Assembly: GCA_020353515.1 (NCBI GenBank) | Contig: CP070695.1 | Coordinates: 2,514,055 to 2,578,054, forward strand | DNA: 64,000 nt | Reading direction: 5' to 3' | DNA from: Candidatus Heimdallarchaeota archaeon | Lineage (GTDB): Archaea; Asgardarchaeota; Heimdallarchaeia; Hodarchaeales; Hodarchaeaceae | Part shown: piece by piece, positions 10,496-18,633 of the stretch | How the letters are laid out: every line of letters starts with the position of its first letter | Numbering within the stretch: the first letter of the stretch is position 1 | The notes under the pieces: model-generated | Seen by the model: the letters and a program-made list of their open reading frames with translations, nothing else | Told to the model about the DNA's origin: nothing | Databases searched by the model: none | Program-made: the position numbers and the translations under genes

Positions 10496-11869
10496 TTAGA
10501 TGGTTTTAAACATCGTTTTCGCTTTTTCACGCATGATCTTATGGTCTACAATTGGATATGGATAATCCTCTAAGTCTTTTGGATGTTTTTGATAGAGATT
10601 GTGGATTATTTTAGGATCGTAACCTCGTAATTCAGGAATGTATTGCTTTATATAGTCACATTGTGGATCAAACTTTTTTTGTTGTAACCAAGGGTTAAAA
10701 ATTCTAAAATAGGGCACTGGATCACAACCTGTACTCGCTGCCCACTGCCAATTGCCATTATTTACTGAAATATCATAATCCACTAATTTTTCTTTGAAAT
10801 ATTTTTCTCCCAACTGCCAATTAATTAATAGATCTTTTGTAAGGAAGGATGCGACAATCATCCTTACTCGGTTATGCATCCAACCAGTGGCATTTAGTTG
10901 CCTCATTCCTGCATCAACAATAGGAAATCCAGTTTTCCCTTCACACCAGGCTTGAAATAGTCCCTTATCATTAGTCCAGTCAAGTTTGTCATATTTTGGT
11001 CGAAAAGATCCATTAAACACATGAGGAAAATGAAATCCAATGTAGATGTAGAAATCTCGCCAATAAAGCTGCCTTAAAAGGGCATAATTGCCAGATTGTT
11101 TAATAGCATGATAGACTTCACGAATAGATACTGTTCCAAATTTAAGATGAGCTGATAGATGTGTGGTTCCCGTGATTGCAGGAAAATCCCGTTGTTCCTG
11201 GTAATTTTTATGATTTTGAATCTGATCAAGAAGTTCCAATCCTTTTGTTCTTCCTCCTTTAACCCAGATGTTTGGATTGTAATAATTTAGAATTTCCCTT
11301 AATTGATCCATTGAAATTGTATCGAATAACTCGTCGTTATAATAGGTATTTTTTGGTGCTTTTACAGGTTCATTGACTAAAAAGATCTGAGATTTTTTAA
11401 AAAAGGGAGTAAATATACTGTATGGAGTTCTATCACCTTTTTTAACAACTTCGGGTTCATTCAGTAATAAATCTGCGGTTATGATAAGCTTTGTGCCAGT
11501 ATTACTGCAAATTCTCCGAATTTTTGTGTCTCGCCTGTGTGAATATGGGGTATAATCACGATTCATTATCAATCTATCAATACCTAGTGCTTCTCTATTT
11601 AATAAATCCTTGATTATGATCTCTGGTTTATCGTGGTAGATAAATAATCTAGAATTATTCATGTTGAATTTATGAAGAAGATCAAGCACTGAATCCTTCA
11701 AAAACTGTTTAGCGTTAAAACTAAGGTTTTTATTCTTGATTAGATATTTATCTAAAATAAAAATAGGAATAACTTTCTCAGATGAATTAAGTGCATGTAT
11801 TAGTCCAGAATTATCTTCGAGCCTTAGATCTCGTCTAAATACAAATAAAGAGATCCCATTTCTTTTCAT
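10496..11869 (-). CDS. phrB: deoxyribodipyrimidine (CPD class I) photolyase
   Basis: FRRDLRLEDN, LSAHLKFG, GKTGFPIVDAGMRQL, WMHNRVRM, NNGNWQW, FRIFNP. Confidence 0.95.
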   Translation of the reverse strand: MKRNGISLFVFRRDLRLEDNSGLIHALNSSEKVIPIFILDKYLIKNKNLSFNAKQFLKDSVLDLLHKFNMNNSRLFIYHDKPEIIIKDLLNREALGIDRLIMNRDYTPYSHRRDTKIRRICSNTGTKLIITADLLLNEPEVVKKGDRTPYSIFTPFFKKSQIFLVNEPVKAPKNTYYNDELFDTISMDQLREILNYYNPNIWVKGGRTKGLELLDQIQNHKNYQEQRDFPAITGTTHLSAHLKFGTVSIREVYHAIKQSGNYALLRQLYWRDFYIYIGFHFPHVFNGSFRPKYDKLDWTNDKGLFQAWCEGKTGFPIVDAGMRQLNATGWMHNRVRMIVASFLTKDLLINWQLGEKYFKEKLVDYDISVNNGNWQWAASTGCDPVPYFRIFNPWLQQKKFDPQCDYIKQYIPELRGYDPKIIHNLYQKHPKDLEDYPYPIVDHKIMREKAKTMFKTI

Positions 11870-11875
11870 CTTAAA

Positions 11876-12775
11876 TCACTCATTATCTAGTAACACTCTT
11901 ATCGCTTTTAGAGCACTTTGTTCCTTGTCTCGAATTTCTAACATGATATCGAAATTCATTGCTTTGGTACTTTGAATAAATGCCCGAAATCTATTAAGAT
12001 CAATTGAATTAGCATGCCTCCCTAGTTTTGCATTGGGTTGATTTGAACTCCAATCTAACATCAAAATTCCGTCTTTTGTTTCTGTCCATGTCTCCTGTGC
12101 TAGTTGGAGAGCTTGGACAACAGTTTCGTTGTTGTTTTTAATTGAATGATGAAACACATCAAAGACAACAGGAATATCAATTTCTTTATGGATAGTCAGA
12201 CAATTCTGCAGATCAAATAATCGATCATCATTCTCAATAACTAATCTCTTTTGAATATTGTCTGGTAATCTCAAATAATTTTTAACAAATCTCTCCATGG
12301 CTGCAGTTTTATCCCCATATACCCCACCTACATGTAATTGAACCTTTGCTGTTGTATCAAGACCCATTCTGTCAAGAACTAGTGTATCATAGAGTAACTC
12401 TTGTATGGATTTGTTAACAACTTCTTCTTTGGGTGAATTAATGATTGTGTACTGCCCAGGATGCATAGAAATCCTAAGATCATGTTTTCTAATATAGGCC
12501 CCAATATTTTGGAGCTCGTGCTGAAAAAAGTCCAAAATCTCCTCAAGTGGTAGTGAAACTGGATGAGATGCAAATGGTATGAAATCAGCAATCCTATAGA
12601 AGAGTAAATGATTTTCTTGATTGAATTGAAGAGTCTTTTTAATACATGTCAAATTCGATTTCACTGTTGAAAGAAGTTTTTCTCTATTGTAGGATGATAA
12701 GCGAATGTTTTTGTCTGGTTTACATCCTGTGGATGAAAAAGCATTTCCTACATAACCTAATTTCAAAATATTCAC
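11876..12775 (-). CDS. uvsE: UV DNA damage endonuclease
   Basis: IPFASHP, RISMHPGQY, LHVGGVYGDK, RLVIENDD, VFDVFHH, DIMLEIRDKE. Confidence 0.93.
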   Translation of the reverse strand: MNILKLGYVGNAFSSTGCKPDKNIRLSSYNREKLLSTVKSNLTCIKKTLQFNQENHLLFYRIADFIPFASHPVSLPLEEILDFFQHELQNIGAYIRKHDLRISMHPGQYTIINSPKEEVVNKSIQELLYDTLVLDRMGLDTTAKVQLHVGGVYGDKTAAMERFVKNYLRLPDNIQKRLVIENDDRLFDLQNCLTIHKEIDIPVVFDVFHHSIKNNNETVVQALQLAQETWTETKDGILMLDWSSNQPNAKLGRHANSIDLNRFRAFIQSTKAMNFDIMLEIRDKEQSALKAIRVLLDNE

Positions 12776-12826
12776 ATCTGGATACAGAACTCTTCTTTCA
12801 GGAAAGGAATGTAATTGAACAAGTGC

Positions 12827-13249
12827 TTACTGTTGAATAATAAGTCCTAGAATCGTTATTACTATGGCTACAACCACACCAATGAAAATTGATTGCAAAG
12901 AGATTATTATGGCTTTATTCCGGTCTTTATTCCGCTCTATTTCATCCTCAATCTTTATTGTCGTTCCAAGATGAACTGAAACATTAGCAACGGAAGAAAA
13001 TCCATATGCAGCACAAAATTTTTGCCTCGCTTGAATGAAGCCAATTGCTGCCATGGTTCCAGGGAAAATAAAAAGAAATCCTAGTAGTGGGGTGAGATTC
13101 AAAAAGAAAACACTAGATATGTATATTAGAAATCCAATACCTATTATTGCTAAACCAACAAAGCCTATCCTTTTCCGTTGAGTAATTTCTGCACTGCCTA
13201 TATTACATCTTCCTGCGACGTATTCAGTATTTGAGGTCAAAGTTCTCAC
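12827..13249 (-). CDS. small membrane protein with CNIG and FC Cys motifs
   Basis: YVAGRCNIGSAEI, GFIQARQKFCAAYG, 3 TM. Confidence 0.7.
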   Translation of the reverse strand: MRTLTSNTEYVAGRCNIGSAEITQRKRIGFVGLAIIGIGFLIYISSVFFLNLTPLLGFLFIFPGTMAAIGFIQARQKFCAAYGFSSVANVSVHLGTTIKIEDEIERNKDRNKAIIISLQSIFIGVVVAIVITILGLIIQQ

Positions 13250-13264
13250 TTGAAAATCATAAAC

Positions 13265-13370
13265 TCACTTTTTTGGAAACCAAGGAATAAGGAGAGAAGT
13301 CCTTTGATAATCAGAATATTCCAAGTTATCTTCAAATCTTCGCTTTAACAAGGGAATTCCAGATACTCTA
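13265..13370 (-). pseudogene. C-terminal relic of a DUF1295-family gene
   Basis: Manual translation RVSGIPLLKRRFEDNLEYSDYQRTSLLIPWFPKK*, aligns with the C-terminus of ORF 17627-18502 (KVSGVPLLEKR...YEEYKNRTPILIPNPFK); no in-frame start. Confidence 0.7.
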
Positions 13371-13422
13371 TTTTTAGAATCAGTCTTTCATAAAAAAGAA
13401 AAAAAGAGAATATGTCTAAATT

Positions 13423-14250
13423 CTAGACAAAAATTAATCCAGCGAACACAAGCCAAGCAAGAGCTGATTTGGCTACCAAACTTAATATCTGGTAACCTCG
13501 TTCTCCAAAAAGATAGTCTTTCCATGGACCGATTTTCTTGTACTGAAGAAACATGTTAATCGCAAAACTGTTAAAGAAAAGGAAGTACATAACTACTGCG
13601 ATATAGACAAAAGTTGGAATAGCATCGCCAACACCGGTATCAAAACTTAGAAATGTGTCAACTATGACAATCCAAGGAACAATGCCAGCAATCCATCCTA
13701 ACCAATAGGGTAACCAGCTAGTTTTTTCAGTGTATTGGTTAATTCTTTCCATAAATAAACCAAACATGTTCATTAAGAAATTTAGAACAAAAATCAAAGC
13801 TATGATCCAAAAATCAAGTATTCCAAACGCTAAAGAAATAAAAATGATCATTACCGAAGAACTGAAAGAATACTCCCACCAACGTATTGGATTCATCTTT
13901 TTCTTTAGATTATCCACATATGAATTGTTTAAAGGGAAGGCGATAAGGAAATGCGCAAGAGCAGACATAAGCAAAAAACTTGCTAATAAAATACCCGCTA
14001 CGTTCTCAAATGTGAAAAATACGCTTGGATCAGGAGCAAAAATCGGCTTTGTTCCAGTTAATTGTTTTATTACCAATCTAGATTTGTAAATGTCTACAGA
14101 AAAGTTTTTTATCTCGTCTATAAACAAACTAAGTGTAAATATCAATACACTTTGAACTAGATGCAAAATAGCCATAGCAATGTTGAATTTTTTCAGATGA
14201 CTCATACTTATAGGTGAAGTTTCACCATCTACGAATGAAAATTCTGTCAT
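13423..14250 (-). CDS. heR: heliorhodopsin
   Basis: LHLVQ (TM1 His), LAHFL (TM2 His), NPIRWWEYSFSSSVM (counterion Glu), GERGYQILSLVAKSALAW (retinal Lys); strong SD AAGGTGAGGT. Confidence 0.96.
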   Translation of the reverse strand: MTEFSFVDGETSPISMSHLKKFNIAMAILHLVQSVLIFTLSLFIDEIKNFSVDIYKSRLVIKQLTGTKPIFAPDPSVFFTFENVAGILLASFLLMSALAHFLIAFPLNNSYVDNLKKKMNPIRWWEYSFSSSVMIIFISLAFGILDFWIIALIFVLNFLMNMFGLFMERINQYTEKTSWLPYWLGWIAGIVPWIVIVDTFLSFDTGVGDAIPTFVYIAVVMYFLFFNSFAINMFLQYKKIGPWKDYLFGERGYQILSLVAKSALAWLVFAGLIFV

Positions 14251-14263
14251 ATTTCTACCTCAC

Positions 14264-14283
14264 CTTAAATCGACAGATTTAAG
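14264..14283. promoter_or_regulatory. perfect inverted repeat CTTAAATC-N4-GATTTAAG between the putative TATA box and the SD of heR
   Basis: Seen directly; TATA-like TTTTTAAT on the minus strand at ~14310-14317. Confidence 0.5.
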
Positions 14284-14447
14284 ATATTCATAGCGCTAAT
14301 CAAGCAGATATTAAAAATTTACTCAAATTTTTTCGAAACACTTGATTTTAGCTTGAAACAAGAATTTAATAGATTTTCAAGAAATTTGAAACATACCAGA
14401 GATCAAAGGAAATCGATTTCTCACGCTAATAAAAAATCTTCATTCCT

Positions 14448-15773
14448 TTAAGTACGCTGGTTAAACCCACACCGAGTACAGACTGTTAAACCCTCTCGAA
14501 TCTGAAATCCACATTGAATACATGGGTTCTCTTTAAGTAAAGACCGTGTTTTTAAAAATAAAATTCCTGCAATTAAAAAACCAATGATAAGAATAAATGC
14601 ACCCAAATAATAAGGATATGCTGCATCTAGCTCGAAAAGAGCTGTTCCTACTAAAGGACCTCCTATTCTCATAAAAGATCCAATTCCTTGGTTTAAACCT
14701 AAAATTACTCCTGAATTTTCTTTGGGAGTTTCTTTAGATAAAAATGCTCCTATGGTAGGATTAGAAATTGAAGATCCAAACGCAAGCGGAATGACCCAGA
14801 GGCTCATCTCGAAGAGAGAAGTGACAGTACTCAAGCCTATGAAGCCAATAATTAAGAAAAATATTCCTGCAGTAATGAGAGTTGTATCAGAGAAGCGATT
14901 TGATAAGGGGATAATCAGGCCTGCCTGAGTAATTATGACAACTAATCCCACTACAAAAAATACAAGACCTGCAAGAGATTCATTTAAACCAAAGCGGACT
15001 TTTCCCAGTAAGGCCAAAGTCGCTTGCATTTTTGAAAACGCTAATGAAACACCAGCAAATAAAATTATCGTTAATAAGACGTTAGGGTTTTGCAAAAGAG
15101 TTTCACGTAAGCTGACTTTTACGCTAGCTCCTTGAGAGATTATTTCTTTTCTTCTTCCCCGCATTTCCTCAGTTAATGACTCAGGTAAGTATTTAATTGC
15201 TGCAAGGAAGTTAACTATGGCAATGACAGTCGCAAATACAGCTGGAAGTGCGTACCCGCCAATAAAAGACAGAACTCCACCGATTCCAGGTCCTAATGCG
15301 AATCCAAGTCCAAATGCTGCACCTAATAATCCAAAACCTTTTGCACGATCTTGCCCAGAAGTTGTATCAGCAATATAGGCTTGACTAGTAGGTAAGGTCG
15401 CTGCAGTAAACGCTCCTCCAACTAAGCGAGACATAAGAATTATGGTTAATGAATCAATGAAGATTAATGCTGCTAAACTCAGCATACCTAATCCGAGTAC
15501 TGTCCCAAATAATCCTGCTAGAATGACAGGCCGACGCCCCCATCGATCTGAGATCCACCCCCAGACAGGGGCAAAAGTAAAACTCATTAATGAATAAACA
15601 CTAGCCAGAATGCCATATATAAATGGTGTTGCTCCCAATTCTAACGTCCAAAACGGAAGTAGCGGGATTATAATTCCAAATTCTAGTAAATCGATGAATA
15701 CTGCTAGGAATAAAACACCTATTGGACCAATAGATAGGTGTGAAGGAGGAATTTTGTTCTCTGTAATTTCCAT
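14448..15773 (-). CDS. TetA-like (DHA1) MFS exporter with a C-terminal zinc ribbon
   Basis: GWISDRWGRRP motif A, GFALGPGIGG motif C; tail CIQC-x10-CTRC. Confidence 0.9.
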   Translation of the reverse strand: MEITENKIPPSHLSIGPIGVLFLAVFIDLLEFGIIIPLLPFWTLELGATPFIYGILASVYSLMSFTFAPVWGWISDRWGRRPVILAGLFGTVLGLGMLSLAALIFIDSLTIILMSRLVGGAFTAATLPTSQAYIADTTSGQDRAKGFGLLGAAFGLGFALGPGIGGVLSFIGGYALPAVFATVIAIVNFLAAIKYLPESLTEEMRGRRKEIISQGASVKVSLRETLLQNPNVLLTIILFAGVSLAFSKMQATLALLGKVRFGLNESLAGLVFFVVGLVVIITQAGLIIPLSNRFSDTTLITAGIFFLIIGFIGLSTVTSLFEMSLWVIPLAFGSSISNPTIGAFLSKETPKENSGVILGLNQGIGSFMRIGGPLVGTALFELDAAYPYYLGAFILIIGFLIAGILFLKTRSLLKENPCIQCGFQIREGLTVCTRCGFNQRT

Positions 15774-15943
15774 AATGTCTTAAACAACCAATATCCGCTT
15801 TAAATCACTCATGGGCGCATCTTTTGTAAATGATTCAATCAATTGCCAAGATTAACAATATTATTGATGAAGATCTTATACGATCACTGACCTTTTTGAA
15901 ATTCCTGTTAAGTAAATCGGCACCAAGACGAAAGGTATTTATT

Positions 15944-16411
15944 TTAATCTTCGATTAACGCATACTTTTCAGGAGAACCCCATATTTCGACTTTATTGAA
16001 CTTATCCTTCTTTGATTGGAAATGTATCCATAACTTTGTTTGGTCAAGGAATGGATTAGCATGGAATAACGCCTGATCACCATATCGAAACGCTTCTAAC
16101 ACTAAGGGCAATTCTTGACGAAAAATTCTATCACGAAACTTCGATGTGCCAATTCCCTTACTGATTTGACAATAGACATGAAGTGAATATGTTTCTTCAG
16201 TTTTCAACCATTCTGCCAAGACCTCATCACGCATTATTCGTATTTGCCATCCTTTTAGTTGTTTTTTGTTAAATTCATGAGCAATAGTTAAAAATAAATC
16301 TCCTGTTCGATCTGAATGTGTTAAAGTATAGCATCGGGGAACTAGGGGGGAATCAACAGTTGTGGGGGATAAAAAAGTCACATGTAGCTTTTTAGGATCT
16401 AAACGACTCAT
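15944..16411 (-). CDS. Staygreen (SGR, Mg-dechelatase family) protein
   Basis: KKLHVTF, PRCYTLTHSDRTGDLFLTI, RDEVLAEW, LHVYC, IFRQELPLVLEAFRYGD. Confidence 0.92.
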   Translation of the reverse strand: MSRLDPKKLHVTFLSPTTVDSPLVPRCYTLTHSDRTGDLFLTIAHEFNKKQLKGWQIRIMRDEVLAEWLKTEETYSLHVYCQISKGIGTSKFRDRIFRQELPLVLEAFRYGDQALFHANPFLDQTKLWIHFQSKKDKFNKVEIWGSPEKYALIED

Positions 16412-16461
16412 ATCTAAACCTCCTTCATTTTACTTAATGGAACGGATAGTTTACGATAATT

Positions 16462-17412
16462 TTAATGCAATTCCTTTTCCTTTGCCATTATCTCCATACC
16501 ACTGAAGCTTCCCACTCCATCAAATTCAATTTTCTTCTTTAAATCGATAAATCTTAGATTAATTGTTGATGTTAAACTTTCAAGGACTTTTCCAGTCATT
16601 TTTCCGTTAATAGGGCTCCTTAATTTAGAGGTTTTTGCTTGAGTAGCGTCAATCTCTATCCTTTGGTTCTTTTTCACTAATTTAAATGAGACCTGATTCT
16701 CATTAATAGTCAAGTCCTTCAATTTTGCTCTATTATAAGTTGAAAAGAGATTTAATCTGTTTTTGTACAAGAATCCCGCCAAATATCCTGTGAATGATCT
16801 TCCTAAATATGGAATTCTAGCAATAGATGCCATAAATGAGACCCGTTCTTCGGAAAAATGATTAGATTGCATCCAAACATATCCACTAGGGAATGATCTT
16901 CCCCAATCCTTTTCTATATATCCTCTCCCGTGATTAAAAGAAATATCATCTCCGTTAATACTTAGATTTCCATAAATCTCGTGATCAAAGCTTAATACAG
17001 CGTGAGAACATTCCATACGAGGTAAAAAAGCAAAAGGGCCCATGGCTCCTGGGGAAAGGAATTTTATTGGCCAAGGCACTTGATCTATGAAAATAAGTTC
17101 CCCCTTAACCACTTGACCTTGTACGTTCAGATCTAGTTTTATTTTATCAGTAGAGAAGTAATTATTTGCAATAGTCACTTCAAATTTATCTTTCTTATAT
17201 TGAAATTTATTCAGATTAAATTTATTATATTGTAAATCCCCCGATATTCCATTGAAGATTTGAATGAAGGCTTGACTAGGATGAGCGGAGGAAAAACCTG
17301 GAATAATTGCTATCGCCACTTTTCTATTATAATCAACCAGCTTATAATACCAGCCTTCAAATCGAAACTTACCGATTCCATGGCAAATTTCAGGCTTCCA
17401 AATATTTCCCAA
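16462..17412 (-). CDS. tocopherol cyclase (VTE1) family protein
   Basis: FEGWYYK, GAMGPFAFLPRMECSH, GRGYIEKDWGRSFPSGYVWMQSN. Confidence 0.88.
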   Translation of the reverse strand: MGNIWKPEICHGIGKFRFEGWYYKLVDYNRKVAIAIIPGFSSAHPSQAFIQIFNGISGDLQYNKFNLNKFQYKKDKFEVTIANNYFSTDKIKLDLNVQGQVVKGELIFIDQVPWPIKFLSPGAMGPFAFLPRMECSHAVLSFDHEIYGNLSINGDDISFNHGRGYIEKDWGRSFPSGYVWMQSNHFSEERVSFMASIARIPYLGRSFTGYLAGFLYKNRLNLFSTYNRAKLKDLTINENQVSFKLVKKNQRIEIDATQAKTSKLRSPINGKMTGKVLESLTSTINLRFIDLKKKIEFDGVGSFSGMEIMAKEKELH

Positions 17413-17626
17413 AAGTATTACACCAGTACCACAAGAAAATTGGCTTTTAAATTGAATTCATTTATACAACAAGATAAAAAGAAACATTGTAAGTCCCGTC
17501 CACCCTTATTCTTAATCGATTCCTTAAGAAAATCAGAATTTTCTTTTCTAGACATGTATTGGTGTTTAATTAGAAATACCCTTTGTGACTAAATTTGGTA
17601 TTTGTATTCAAAGTTAAAACATTATA

Positions 17627-18502
17627 CTATTTGAATGGATTTGGAATTAATATAGGAGTCCTGTTTTTGTATTCCTCGTAATCTTCTTGACCACCCCACT
17701 TGTCATCAGCTCTTTTTTCAAGTAAAGGAACACCACTTACCTTAGTTAAGAGTAATGTCACAAAAACAGGAGAAATCAATGTTAGCCATCTCCAACCTTG
17801 AAGTGTTGGAAGTGCAATTATTGCGATACCAATCCAGAGGAGAATTTCTCCAAAATAATTTGGATGTCGTGAGATTGACCACAATCCAGTAGTAATGAAT
17901 TTTTCTTTATTCTCAGGGACAGATCTGAACTTACTTTTCTGATAATCTGCAATAGCTTCAAAACCAAAGCCTATGATCCACACTAAAAGACCTACTAAAC
18001 CAATAAGACCAAAATCCGTTCTTTGTTCTACTGTTATCGCTGCTAATGCCGCTGCTAATGTAAAGCTTACCCATAAACCCTGAATAGTCCAAGTTAAAAA
18101 AAAACGTGTACCGGATTGTTTGATCTCCTTGAAGCGTTTATCTTCCCCCTCTTTTAAAATTCGTCGGAACAAGTATGTCCCAAGACGAAGCGCCCAGATT
18201 GAGACCAATACCATTAGTAAAATGGAGCGTGTATCAATTTCAGGACTCAAGGCAACTGCTAAGAATATAACAGTTATGTAGGTTAATGAACCAGTTAGAT
18301 CAAAGAACTTCTCAGTCCTTTTGATATATGCAGGTATGAATGCAATCCATTGAATTATAAAGGCAAGAGCAACACCGATTGCAAATACTGGTATTCCACC
18401 AAGAACAGTCACGCCTCCCTGACTTCCAGCGAGAGTAAGACATATAGCAATGAATAAAATTATGATTATAGCAACCAAGGACTGAATATCTTTCTCATTC
18501 AT
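17627..18502 (-). CDS. DUF1295 family (steroid 5-alpha-reductase-like) membrane protein
   Basis: TEKFFDLTGS, WALRLG, EDKRF, EAIADYQK, GLWSISRHPNYFGE. Confidence 0.9.
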   Translation of the reverse strand: MNEKDIQSLVAIIIILFIAICLTLAGSQGGVTVLGGIPVFAIGVALAFIIQWIAFIPAYIKRTEKFFDLTGSLTYITVIFLAVALSPEIDTRSILLMVLVSIWALRLGTYLFRRILKEGEDKRFKEIKQSGTRFFLTWTIQGLWVSFTLAAALAAITVEQRTDFGLIGLVGLLVWIIGFGFEAIADYQKSKFRSVPENKEKFITTGLWSISRHPNYFGEILLWIGIAIIALPTLQGWRWLTLISPVFVTLLLTKVSGVPLLEKRADDKWGGQEDYEEYKNRTPILIPNPFK

Positions 18503-18552
18503 TTTTAATTCTCCTTTTATACAGTAATTTCCTTCTTCTGGATGTGTGAAAT

Positions 18553-18568
18553 TTGACTAATTAGTCAA
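18553..18568. promoter_or_regulatory. perfect 16-bp palindrome TTGACTAATTAGTCAA upstream of the DUF1295 gene
   Basis: Seen directly, ~50 bp upstream of the ATG. Confidence 0.55.
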
Positions 18569-18633
18569 TATGATTTCTTGAATCCTATATCAACTTTTTT
18601 TCCTAGAGATATTTATTTTCTTGTTTATTCTCC

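Noticed and set aside
13423-14250. Proton-pumping type-1 rhodopsin or schizorhodopsin
   Set aside because: RWxEYS and SLVAK motifs with TM1/TM2 His are diagnostic of heliorhodopsin
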